64,000 nucleotides of DNA from Gekko japonicus (GCF_001447785.1 NW_015167533.1:1494717-1558716), one strand, 5' to 3'. Shown: positions 1 to 11,166, counted from the first letter of the stretch. The notes: generated from the sequence alone by a model not told the origin. Program-made: numbers and translations.

Positions 1-174
1 TTTACCAAGTCTGCTTCCTGCTGCAAGTAGGAAGATGACTCCATTGGTGAGACGTTGTGCATCCCCTCTCTTCCCCCCACCTGCCAGCTGAGCAGAGAGG
101 GGGTTGTAAAAACCCCCCTCTGCTCAGTTGGCTGGTGGGGGAAGAGAGGGGGTGGTCATGTGACTTTGTTGTGG

Positions 175-644
175 NNNNNNNNNNNNNNNNNNNNNNNNNN
201 NNNNNNNNNNNNNNNNNNNNNNNNNNNNNNNNNNNNNNNNNNNNNNNNNNNNNNNNNNNNNNNNNNNNNNNNNNNNNNNNNNNNNNNNNNNNNNNNNNNN
301 NNNNNNNNNNNNNNNNNNNNNNNNNNNNNNNNNNNNNNNNNNNNNNNNNNNNNNNNNNNNNNNNNNNNNNNNNNNNNNNNNNNNNNNNNNNNNNNNNNNN
401 NNNNNNNNNNNNNNNNNNNNNNNNNNNNNNNNNNNNNNNNNNNNNNNNNNNNNNNNNNNNNNNNNNNNNNNNNNNNNNNNNNNNNNNNNNNNNNNNNNNN
501 NNNNNNNNNNNNNNNNNNNNNNNNNNNNNNNNNNNNNNNNNNNNNNNNNNNNNNNNNNNNNNNNNNNNNNNNNNNNNNNNNNNNNNNNNNNNNNNNNNNN
601 NNNNNNNNNNNNNNNNNNNNNNNNNNNNNNNNNNNNNNNNNNNN
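175..644. other. Assembly gap (N run)
   Basis: Run of N. Confidence 0.99.
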
Positions 645-924
645 AATATAATGGGGAAGATCCTTGATAAAAGAAGAGCCACAAATACAAAAACACTGCT
701 CCTTTGGTGTTCTACTGTAGCGGCCGGCTAATATGGCCATTGGCATTGATTGAAAACGCAAGGATGTGAAGGCTGCTCTAAGGTTATGATTACCTATACT
801 AACTAGTTAGGAAGATCTAAAATGGTCATTCTTAAACAATTTGAACCAGGGAGCATACTGTGATTTCAAGATGAACTGTTTATCTAACAGAGCATGGCAC
901 TTAAATACCCAGTCTGTAAGATTG

Positions 925-1230
925 TCAATCCTAAAAGAAATCAACCCTGACTGTTCCCTGGAAGGCCAGATAATGAAACTGAAGCTCAAATACTTTTGCC
1001 ACCAAATGAGAAGGGAGCACTCACTGGAGAAGACCCTGATGCTTGGAAAGATTGAAGGTCAAAGAAGACGGGGACGGCAAAGGATGAGATGGTTAGACAG
1101 TGTCAAAGATGCAACGAACATGAAATTGAGCCAACTTCAGAGGACAGTGGAAGACAGGAAGGCCTGGCGGGAGCTGGTCCATGGGGTCGCGAAGAGTCGT
1201 ACTCGACTGTGCGACTGAACAACAACAACA
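925..1230 (+). mobile_element. 5'-truncated RTE/BovB LINE 3' end
   Basis: Encodes SILKEINP..SLEGQIMKLKLKYF..LEKTLMLGKIEGQRRRGRQRMRWLD..VHGVAKSRTRL, the BovB RT C-terminus. Has a (CAA)n tail and TSD AAGATTG at 918-924 and 1231-1237. Confidence 0.92.
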
Positions 1231-2017
1231 AAGATTGAAACTGTTTGTTGAAGGACTGAGGAGGTTATCAGGAATGGAGTATATTGATAATAGGTCATTA
1301 AGAAAAGAAGAACGTTCCAAGTCTTTTGATAACATTGATTTAAATGCCAGTTGACTGAATGAATCAGAACTGGCAGCTCTGTCCCCCCCCCCCAAGGTTT
1401 TAGAACAGCAAGGTACACTCTCGGCCTTAAGGAAGGAGGGCCAGTTTCTGCTCTCATCAAGGCGACTGGCATTCCCTTAGGAAGAGCCAGGATATGCCTT
1501 AAAACTGATTTTGTCAAAGTAAAGGTTTCTGTTCAGGAATAATCTTAACTATTCAGACTTTTGCAAATTTCTTGCAAGAATATTTTGGATTTTTTAAAAA
1601 AATTATTAAACCCCCCCTTTCCTCTTGGCTCAAGACAGCTTTAGTTACACAAGGATGAAAAAAAGTTTCCTTTAATTTCTTTTTGTTTTATACATAACAA
1701 CATTTGTTTTGGTCCTTCTTGCATTTTTTCTGTTTCCTCCCTTTTCCCCTGTGCAAAAGGTACAGTGAAGGTTTATTTGTAGGAGGAATTCATCTATGTG
1801 GTGAGAAACTTTGTCTATGGAGGGGCTTTTGGGGGGGAAATCCCCCAAATTGACACCAGATGGTGGTAGTGTACCACAAAATTTGTAAACTGTACTCAAG
1901 GAATTAAATGGAGGGGCCTAGGCATTTGTGTTCAAGCTCCTCATCCAATGATTGGTCTCCTGCTCAGAAGTGTTTCATGCGAACATCATCTTTCATAGAT
2001 GGAGCCCCTGAATTTCA

Positions 2018-2044
2018 ATTTGCATACAGATTGGATATGCAAAT
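2018..2044 (+). promoter_or_regulatory. Ig VH promoter with two octamers in inverted orientation
   Basis: ATTTGCAT (2018-2025) and ATGCAAAT (2037-2044), about 115-140 bp upstream of the leader ATG. Confidence 0.85.
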
Positions 2045-2159
2045 TGTTCTCACCTGGCCTCCTCTTATCCAGGAGATCTTAAAATCCTTCCTTCAATCAA
2101 AGTGTGACTCAAAAATCTAATACATCTCATCTCTCCCCCCCTTCCTTCCTGAAGGCACC

Positions 2160-2205
2160 ATGAACTCCCTGCTCCTGGCCGTTGTGCTGTTTGCTTTTCT
2201 ACCCT
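2160..2205 (+). CDS. IGHV: IGHV leader exon (L-PART1)
   Basis: 46-bp exon MNSLLLAVVLFAFLP followed by a GTAAG donor. The intron 2206-2310 ends in TTTCTAG. Confidence 0.9.
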
Positions 2206-2310
2206 GTAAGTGCCTCTTCATGGAGGCGATCTCATTCATTCTGGTGTCCTTTTGTTACTTTTGAGATCCAGGTCTTTTTATAACAGGCCTTTTTCATTCC
2301 TCCTTTCTAG

Positions 2311-2622
2311 GCGTCCAGTCTGCGGTGACCCTGAGCCAGCCTGGATCAGTGCAGCTGAGGCCATCAGAAACCCTCCAGCTCACTTGTTCCGTTTCTGGAT
2401 TTTCCCTCACTTCTACTGGCTCTGTAGTGAGCTGGTTTCGTCAGCCCCCAGGGAAAGGCCTGGAGTGGCTGTGCCATGTCTACTGGAATGATGACAAGCG
2501 CTACCCGGACTCCCTGAGAAGCCGCCTCACTATCTCCAGATACCCATCCTCAAGTGAGGTTCATTTGGAGATGAGAGGCATGCAGGCAGGAGACACCGGC
2601 ACTTACTACTGTGCTGGAGGAG
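2311..2622 (+). CDS. IGHV: Immunoglobulin heavy-chain variable segment, clan II-like, open frame
   Basis: VQS-AVTLSQPG..PSETLQLTCSVSGFSLTSTGSVVSWFRQPPGKGLEWLCHVYWNDDKRYPDSLRSRLTISR..DTGTYYCAG. Has both canonical Cys, the conserved Trp and YYC. Resembles the mammalian IGHV2/4 group. Confidence 0.93.
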
Positions 2623-2661
2623 CACAGCAGATCAAAGCAATGGGAGACCCGGACAAATACC
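2623..2661 (+). promoter_or_regulatory. 23-bp-spacer recombination signal sequence
   Basis: Heptamer CACAGCA (2623-2629), 23-nt spacer, nonamer ACAAATACC (2653-2661). Confidence 0.9.
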
Positions 2662-2835
2662 AGCTGCATAGTGACTCAGCTAGTCTGGAAGCAGAGCGCC
2701 ATGGGCACTGAATGAAACCTGCCCATAATTTCTAACCATCATTGGCTCAGCCCACCTGAATTTCTACAAATAGAGAGAGGAGGTGATGGCTATGTGGTCT
2801 GGACTATATCTTGCCATGCATCCGGTGTGGGCATA

Positions 2836-3023
2836 CTGCCTGGCAACTTCCTGGCAGAGAAAGCCACAGTGAAACTGATGGAGGACAAGAATCTCACATA
2901 GACTAGAACAATAGAAAACATAACAACCACCTCTTCATTGCATTTTTCTATGATCTCTCCAGTCAGTGAATGCAAATCCAAGTTTGGGAATAAGGGGAGA
3001 TGTTCCTAGCCACACCATACAAA
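2836..3023 (-). pseudogene. V2R 7TM exon fragment (end of TM4 to ICL3)
   Basis: DLHSLTGEIIEKCNEEVVVMFSIVLVYVRFLSSISFTVAFSARKLPGS is homologous to exon 6 of the neighbouring V2Rs, truncated at both ends. Confidence 0.85.
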
Positions 3024-5031
3024 CTTTGGCCGTGCTCATGGAGGTTCGTGGTGGTTCATGAATGGTCACATTTTCCAGACAGACTGAAGATCTCCTGGAA
3101 TTATGAGTGATACCCAGACTGCAGAGATCGATTCACCTGGAGCAGATGGCTTTTCTGAAGGGGGGACTATATGGCATTGTACCCCACTGAGTTCCTTTCG
3201 CAAATTTCGCCATCCCCAAGCTCCACCTTCGACATTTCCAGAAATTTTCCAGATGCTGCAAGATTTGCAAGAAACATATGAGGCAGTTTGTTACTCTGTT
3301 TGGAGGAGGTGATCAGGCATGAGTGATCACTCAGTCTGTTTGGTTCATGTGGAGCAACTGCGAATGCCTGCCAAATGGCCTTGTATCCCCCGAAATCAAA
3401 TAAATGTTCACATACTAGAATATATTCTTGCTAGTACTTTTTATCTCATGTTTATTCCTTGTCTGACTCCGATAATTAGCTTATATTCTATCAAACACGG
3501 ACCCTTTGATATCTAATATCGAAAAGTTTGGCACTCTTTGCTCTGGAAGCAAAGAAGATCAGAGCAAATCTGGTAAGAAAACAGATAAATAACTGACCGA
3601 TTGAAATGGTCAAGTTTTGAGGATGCATCAGTTTTAAATCTGTTCATTTTGCACTGTTTGTACATTTCTGATTTTATTGCAAATGGCCTACGTCCATATA
3701 CAATAAACTTACTCTGACCTCTTGTATCGTCTTAGAGAGCCCAACTCCTTGCTCCCAGGCATGGAAACCATGGCCACCTGGGCCAGCCAGGAGCCTCAAA
3801 GGTTCTAGATGCTTAACCAGAGGCTTTCAGCTTCCCGGGTTCTCCTCTGGGGTTACATGCATGCACTCAGCAAGTAACTCCAGACACTCAAAGGTAGAAA
3901 ATTATTCCAGGTTTGGTAAACTGCTCAAGTTACAAAGAGTGTATGCTGGGCAGCAGCCACTCTTATGGCACAAGCAATGGCAAATAAAAGAAAGACTAAT
4001 ATTGAACTCTATCTGGCCAAAAGCTACCTTACTCTGCATTAAAAGCTTGCTGGCTAGCTCACCAGATGCAGTTCCATTCTATGGTTCTAGCTCACAGGCT
4101 TGAGAGAAAGTCCATCCCAAGCCAGACAGCCCATTTCATGGGGGGGATAGAAGCCACTACCTCTTCTCACCTCTTCACACATGTGGAGCAGGCTTCTTTG
4201 GGAGGTGGTGGGCTCTCCTTCTCTGGCAGTTTTCAAACAGAGGTTAGATGAACATCTGACAGCAGTGCTGATTCTATGAAATGAGGCAGATCGTGAGAGG
4301 GAGGGCAGGAAGGGTTGCATCAGTGCTTAGTTCTCATGGCCCTTTCTTACATGCTCAGGGAAATGCTGATCGCCACGTTGGGGTCAGGAAGCATTTTTTC
4401 CTCAGGCCAGTTTGGCTGGAGATCCTGGAGGTTTTTGTTCATCTTCTGGGCATGGAGCAGGGGTCACTGGGGGTGGGGAGGTATTTGTGAATTTCCTGCA
4501 TTGTGCAGGGGCTGAGACTAGATGACTCTGGAGTTCCCTTCCAACGCTATGATTCTATGATAACTAGCCCCTGCTCCCTAAACAAGGCATGTTTTTCAAA
4601 CATCCTTGCCTTAGCCCATGAACCTATTAGCCAATAAGGACACACTTAGCTAACTGGCACTGGTAGGTTGAAACAACTTAGGGTAGGTTGAAACAACTTA
4701 TCCCATGGATAGTTTTGTTAACAGCCAAACCCCAAAGGTGAATGTAGTTGAGACAAGCACATTGCTTTTAGGAGGCTGGGCCAGAGGCCTGCCAAACCTT
4801 ACAGCCTAAGGAGTGATAAACCCCCCAAAAATAAAGGCTTTATGGCAGCTATTCCTTACAACTCTTACTAGAACATATGAGTAGAAATGAGGAGTTACAA
4901 ATTGTAAACCAAAGAAAGTCCTAGACGATTTCATTTCATTTATTTATTTAAAACAGATATTTGCTGACTTTCCAGCCAAATAGCACATTATCTTTGTATC
5001 ACAGGAAAAAGCCTTGGGGTAACTTGATTCT

Positions 5032-5933
5032 TTAATGTTTTCTTGCAATTATTTGTTCTCTTTTGTTCAGCTCAGGCCTCAGAACAATCATGTAGCATTT
5101 GGGTAAAAAGATAAAACCAAGTAACCCTGCACTGGAGGCCAAGATAGAGAAAATCTCCACGGCTACCATATATTTCCCTTTGGTGCTCAGGTAGGTTGGA
5201 ACAAAACACAGCCAAACACTGCAAAACATCAGCATGCTGAAGGTGATGAATTTGGCCTCGTTAAAACTGTCTGGCAATTTCCGGGCAAAGAAAGCCACAC
5301 TGAAGCTTATGGAGGACAGAAGACCCATATAGGCCAGAACAATATAAAACATCACCACAGACCCTTCATTGCATTCTGCTATGATCTCTGTGGCCATTGA
5401 CTTGGTGTCCAAGTCTGGGAATGGGGGGGTGGTTCCTAGCCACACCGTACAGATACACATTTGGACAATGGAGCAGGAAAGGATAATGGTGATGGTCAGT
5501 CTTTTCCCCATCCACTTCCTCATGCTGGACCCTGGTTTGATGGCCATGAAAGCTACAACCACATTGATGGTTTTGGCCAAGACACAAGCAACTGCCATGG
5601 TGAAGATGATGCCAAAAGCAGATTATCGGAGGAGGCAGGTCAGCTTGCTTGGTCGTCCAAGGAAGAGGAAAGAACAGGGGAAGGAAAGCAGGAGAGAGAT
5701 GGGGAGAGCATAGGTGAGATCCTGGTTGTTGGCTTTGACGATGGGAGTGTCTTTGTGCTTAATGAAGGTTCCTAATATCAAAACTGTGATTAGGGAGAGG
5801 GCAAGAGCAACTGAAGCCAAACAGGTCCCCACTGTTTCTTCATAGCAGTGAAAGTTTATCATCTTGGGAATACATCGGTCCTGGTCTTTGCTTGGATATT
5901 GATCTTCTGGACAATTAGAGCAGTCATCCATAT
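5032..5933 (-). pseudogene. V2R-E exon 6 (7TM) with in-frame stop
   Basis: TPIVKANN and [12 protein letters not shown] motifs. TAA at 5623-5625 replaces Q of RQSAFG. CAG acceptor at 5934-5936. Confidence 0.92.
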
Positions 5934-6427
5934 CTGGAAAATGGAACAGTGACCGTCTCAGTTTCAGTTCATATGAAACAAAGAGCTAATTCTGCTGGGT
6001 CCCTTCAGTATGTGATATATTGTTCAAACTGAATACCAGGAAATGGTTATGTGTGAAGGCCGGGGGTCCCCAATTTGGTGGCTAGAGATGCCATGGCACC
6101 CGCTGAGAACTTTTCTGGCATCAGCATGGCTTGGTGGGCATTTTGCCCAGCAGGGCTTTTTATTGGCTGCTGGAGATCTGATAGGCTCAGTGTATTTTCT
6201 TAGAACATTTGAAACCTCAGCACATGTTTCCTTAGTCTCTGATTTAAATTTCTAAAGCAATATATTCCATTAAAAAGGCATCCTGTTAAATGGAGCTTCC
6301 GCTTGAACTGTTGAAGAGTTCCCATTAGAGTTATGCATCACCTCACTTGGCTCTAGGGTTGCCAAGTACTTACCTGAATCTGGCGGGGGACACATGCTCC
6401 CCAGCCGGAACATTTCTCCTTGTAACG

Positions 6428-6559
6428 CACCATGCCGTTACCAGGAAATGATACTGGGCAATGCTCTGGCAATGGGGCTGAAAACTCGATGGTACCATTG
6501 AGTTTCTGGCCCCATTGCCAGAGCGTCGCCCAGCATCACTTCCTGGCGACGGCATGGTG
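6428..6559. repeat. Imperfect palindrome within a probable DNA-transposon MITE
   Basis: About 66-bp arms centred on GGTACC (6491-6496). A hAT-like TAGGGTTGCCA end lies near 6354. Confidence 0.75.
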
Positions 6560-7057
6560 TAGCACGTCTGTTGTCTCCGCAGGAATGATCCTGCGAAGAT
6601 GTCTTTGTCCCCCGCCGAATCACGGTAAGTACTTGGGAAGCCTGCTTGGCTCCGCCTCATGTGGTGACCATTTTTGTGCTTGGCTTTACCTTTTAGGGAA
6701 GCCAATTTTTTTCAGTGGTTTCCACCTCCCTGTGTCAGAATTCCAATAGTACCTTCAGGCTCAAAGACTTGGGGATCCCTGTGCTAAGGAGTCTCTCCTA
6801 AAAGGCATTTTATTGTTATCTATTATATTTTTTGAGAGCCAAGTAATTTTCCCCCAGACATGTTGACTGAGCTAATTTTAATTGGGATCTCAAAGACTGA
6901 ACTGGGGTGTTCTCCATGCGCAGCAAATGTGTGCATTCTACCAGCCTTCCCCGAATGGTTCGATAGACATCAGTGCCATCTCTTCTGTTTGTAATCCCAG
7001 GGGATGTGTGTATTTATGTTTGCTTGCAGGACTCTTGGGGAAGTCACGATCACCTAC

Positions 7058-7184
7058 CCTTCCGGAATGAAACCTTCCCTCCTGGGCAAGGAGCACATTC
7101 CTGGCAGCAAAACTGCTCCCCTTCTTTCTTTCTTTTTTGATGACCAGGCTGACAGGCATCACTACATCTCGAAACAGGCCATGT
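7058..7184 (-). pseudogene. V2R-E exon 5 (cysteine-rich domain); exons 1-4 not found
   Basis: 127-bp AG/GT-bounded exon TWPVSRCSDACQPGHQKRKKEGEQFCCQECAPCPGGKVSFRK. Confidence 0.88.
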
Positions 7185-7696
7185 CTATCCAAGAAGAAGA
7201 CAGAACCTTACACAAATTAGACTGTAATCAATTTTAATAGCAACTAACAGACATTAAAGGCTAAAACATTGTTCGATGGGGGGGGGAGGAACAGGTTATC
7301 ACTGAGAGAAGAAAAAAAGCCTTGCTTTCAGTTCCAATAATTATTAACATGACCTTTTTTGTCATCAGATCACAGTAAATTCCAAGGCAAGAGACATTCA
7401 GAGGTGGTTTGCCAATGCCTTCCTCTTCATAGCAACCCTAGTATTCCTCAGTGGTCTCCCATCCAAGTCATAACCAGGGCTGATGTTGCTTAGCTTCTGA
7501 GATTGAATGAGATTGGGCATCCCGGGGCTATCCAGGGAAAGGCTAAAAGGGCATGCACTTTAAAAAGTACTTAGGTTTCCCCCTGCTTCGTTTACCCAGA
7601 TATACGAAGTAGTTGTGTTCAACTTTGCAAGGTGTCTGAGATTTGCAAAGTTTCCAAGATTTATGGTGTAATCTTAAACAGAGTCAAACGTTCTAC

Positions 7697-7983
7697 AGCC
7701 AGTTTGGTGTCATGGTTAGGAGCACAGACTCTAATCCTGGAGAACCAGGTTTGATTACCCACTTCTCTACATGAAGCTGCTGGTGTGACCTTGGGGCAGT
7801 TACAGGTTCCTTCAAAGCTGTTCTCTCATGAGCAGTTCTTGAAAGAGCTCTTTCAGCTCCACCTATCTCATAGGGTGTATGTTGTGTGTAGGGGAAGGGA
7901 AAGGAGATTGTGAGTCACTCTGAGACTTCTTCAGGTAGTGAAGGGTGGGGTATAAATCCAATCTCTTCTTCTTCTCTTCTTCT
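7697..7983 (+). mobile_element. Squam3/CORE-like tRNA SINE
   Basis: AGCCAGTTTGGTGT..GGTT head, CACCTAYCTCAYAGGG core and (TCT)n tail, matching many copies in the window. Confidence 0.8.
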
Positions 7984-7994
7984 AGAGAAGTAGT

Positions 7995-8093
7995 CCAATG
8001 ATGAATCCCAGGGTATGCGGCATCAGGATGGGCAAGACCTAGATGTGACCAGGTGTTAGATTACTTTACTGGGGCTAGCTGAATGGATTTTCT
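7995..8093. repeat. Left arm of a 99-bp inverted repeat (partner 9226-9324)
   Basis: Reverse complement of 9226-9324 with 2 mismatches. Confidence 0.9.
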
Positions 8094-9200
8094 CTTTTTA
8101 ATCTCCTGAGAACAGGGTAGCTTTATTATTTTTTGTTACACCTAAGGACTACAGAAAAGAAAAAGGGAAAGGGAAAAGTTAACCCAGGATAAAGGACAGT
8201 AAATAAAAACCCACACTATAACTAAAAACCCAAGAGGGAGGGTCCTCAACAATTAGTATCCTGTTAGTATTCAAAACAAATAACTTTTTGTTTAGGTCAA
8301 TGTAATCGGAAGTTAGTAAGTCCGTGTTAGTATTCTCTCCATCGTCTTCTCTGTGTGCTCAGAGTCCTTTCATCTTCGTCTTTGTTTGCAAGTCTCAAGT
8401 TTATAAAGAGTTACTTTGGTCCTCTAAGCCGCAGGTCGTATGTTTGTTTGGCCTCGCCACCTGTTGCTCCCTGGTCTCCGTCCCTGTCTTCTGTGGTATC
8501 TGCTCCGCCCTCTCCTTCTTTCTGTTCTTCTTCTTTCGCTCCAAAGAACCGCTTCAGCCATTCTTCTGCTTTAAAAACCGAGTCAATTTTTTTCCCTTTT
8601 ATCCCTGTATTTGAACACGACACCCTCTGGGAAATTCCAGGAATATGGAATCTGGTTGATCTGCAAGGTTGAAATCAATTCTTTATACGCTTTTCTTTTT
8701 TCACGAACTTCAAACGGAGTGTCTTTCAAAACCCTGATGGGTGTAGTTCCCAGCTGCAGGGGATTAGCTACTGTTACTTTTAGAATATCATCTCTCGTCT
8801 GTCTTCAGAGAAACTTGATGACAATCTCACCCGGCAGGTTCTTCCGTTTAATATATTTTGAGTATGATCGATAGACCACCTCAATCTCTGCTTCCACTTC
8901 TACCAATGAGCAACCTATCGCGGGTGCAATAAGCTCTGGCATCATCTTTTTCAAGTTTTCTCCTTGCGATTCAGCTATCCCCTGAAACCTGAGTATCTTG
9001 TTTGCTTTTTCCATTTGAAGATTCAACAATCTGCATTCCTGTAAGTCCTGTCTCTGTTCTAGCAGACCAACTTTCTTTTTGACTTTCTTGGTATCGTGCA
9101 CTGTCTCTTTAAGTTTTTCGTCTGTTTGGATCGACTTTTTAACCAACTCGGCAATCTGCTGCTGTTGCTTTGCTAGTCTACATCTGGGAACCTATTCAAC
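8094..9200 (-). mobile_element. L1/Tx1-clade LINE ORF1 fragment (degenerate)
   Basis: ORF 8805-9146 has a coiled coil followed by LRFQGIAESQGENL..EIEVVYR..LPGEIVIKF, typical of L1 ORF1p (Tnp_22-like). Confidence 0.7.
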
Positions 9201-9225
9201 TGCCTTGGCAGAACCATCAATGGTC

Positions 9226-9324
9226 AGAAAATCCATTCAGCTAGCCCCATTGAAGTAATCTAACACCTGGTCACATCTAGGTCTTGCCCATCCTGATGCC
9301 GCATACCCTGGGATTCATCATTGG
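9226..9324. repeat. Right arm of the 99-bp inverted repeat
   Basis: See 7995-8093. Confidence 0.9.
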
Positions 9325-9655
9325 CCCTGGTAATCTTTTGTCTTCACCTGAGACAACACCCTCAAGACCTTCTATTGCTCTGCATTGCTTTCCAATGTCT
9401 ATATCTGTCAGAGCACATGGCCTCAGAATGTGTGTCTGCCCTTGATGCCAATTGGCAGTTCACCCCTAAACCTTTGGTTTGGGCCATATTCTCATTTCCA
9501 TGTACCCCTACACATCTGGACAGGTTGTACTGCCCTGTAATGGTGTCACGCTCCCCCTTCTTCTTAGGGACGGCGCCCCCGGTGGCCGTTGTGTGGCCGT
9601 TGGTCTACACCCCGCAGGGAGTTGTGTGGCCCCGGAGATTGCTGACTGGTTCCAA

Positions 9656-9711
9656 TCCTAGCCACACTGTACAAATACGCATTTGGATAATGGAGCAGGA
9701 GAAGATAATGG
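9656..9711 (-). pseudogene. Small V2R TM4 fragment
   Basis: Reads IIFSCSIIQMRICTVWLG, matching exon 6 of genes C and E. Confidence 0.75.
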
Positions 9712-9754
9712 AATTTGTAATTTCTCAGAAAATAAATAAAATAAATAAATATAA

Positions 9755-10203
9755 GTTTATGCATGGCATAGAGAAGGTTGAGAAAGAAGTACTTTTCTCC
9801 CTTTCTCATAATGCTGTATTGAAAGAGTTAATCCAGTTCTCAGTCTTGATTTGACATATCAAGTAGCATTGATCAAGACATCAAAGCAAAACTAGTAAAT
9901 GAACAGGAGGTGGCGGTGGCTACAAGCATGGACAGCTTCAAGAGGGAATTAGATAAGCATATGGAGCAGAGGTCCATCAGTGGCTATTAGCACAAGGTAT
10001 CGATAGGAACTCTCAGACTTGGGCAAGTGATGCACTGTATTCTTGGTGGTTGAGGGGGGGCAACAGTGGGATAGCTTCTAGTGTCCTGGCCCCACTGATG
10101 GACCTCCTGATGGCACCTGGTATTTTGACCACTGTGTGACAGAGTGTTAGACTGGATGGGCCACTGACCTGATCCAACACTGGCTTCTCTGATGTTCTTA
10201 TGT
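9755..10203 (+). mobile_element. CR1-like LINE 3' end (interrupted)
   Basis: TATAAGTTTATGCATGG..GAGAA, GGACTGGATGGGCCA..CTGATCC and a TGTTCTTATG-type tail. Homologous to 44890-45871. Confidence 0.7.
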
Positions 10204-10294
10204 TTTTAAAGCTATTTACCTCAAAAGGTAATGAGAATCGTGAGAGTTGTGGTGTCGATGTCAAGGGGAATTGGAGCATCCTGACCTTTGGTTG

Positions 10295-11166
10295 TCTATG
10301 GCAGGTATAACTCATAAGAAAATGAACCTAGCCATTTCTAAACTGGGCACCAGCTTCAAGGTGATGGTTTGGATATTCAGTGCCAGAAATGAAGGGAATC
10401 AGACCCTCCTAGTACAGATTATATCCCAAACATCTCTATGTTATTTGCAATGCAAAATAAATAAATAAAAGAAACCAAGAACAGGAAAGCAGCACGGATA
10501 GGAAGGATGGAAGATATCCTCAGTGGTTAGAATGCTACCCTAGGATCAAGGAGATACAGGATTGAATCACCACAAAAGGTTTCTGGATAACTTTGGGCCA
10601 GTCACACCCTCTCCTCCATATCCACCTCATAGAATTGTTGTGAAGGTAAAATGGAGTCGAGAAGAACCACATAAGCTGCTTCATGTCCCCACTGGGGGGA
10701 ATGGCAGCACAGACAGGTAGGCTGGAACATTCTATGGCAGGTATAACTCATAAGAAAATGAACCTAGCCATTTCTAAACTGGGCACCAGCTTCAAGGTGA
10801 TGGTTTGGATATTCAGTGCCAGAAATGAAGGGAATCAGACCCTCCTAGTACAGATTATATCCCAAACATCTCTATGTTATTTGCAATGCAAAATAAATAA
10901 ATAAAAGAAACCAAGAACAGGAAAGCAGCACGGATAGGAAGGATGGAAGATATCCTCAGTGGTTAGAATGCTACCCTAGGATCAAGGAGATACAGGATTG
11001 AATCACCACAAAAGGTTTCTGGATAACTTTGGGCCAGTCACACCCTCTCCTCCATATCCACCTCATAGAATTGTTGTGAAGGTAAAATGGAGTCGAGAAG
11101 AACCACATAAGCTGCTTCATGTCCCCACTGGGGGGAATGGCAGCACAGACAGGTAGGCTGGAACAT
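10295..11166. repeat. 436-bp tandem duplication
   Basis: 10295-10730 and 10731-11166 appear identical. Confidence 0.92.

Noticed and set aside
60-154. Hairpin next to the first gap
   Set aside because: A real palindrome but most likely a MITE fragment. Context is lost in the gap.
2-761. Long ORFs at the window start
   Set aside because: Artefacts of translating through the N gap.
4662-4700. 20-bp direct repeat, superficially CRISPR-like
   Set aside because: Two adjacent copies with no spacer in vertebrate DNA; a slippage duplication.
5369-5775. Recurrent antisense ORFs over V2R exon 6 (also near 23457, 36515, 43324, 58263)
   Set aside because: Shadow frames of the conserved 7TM coding sequence, with no independent evidence.
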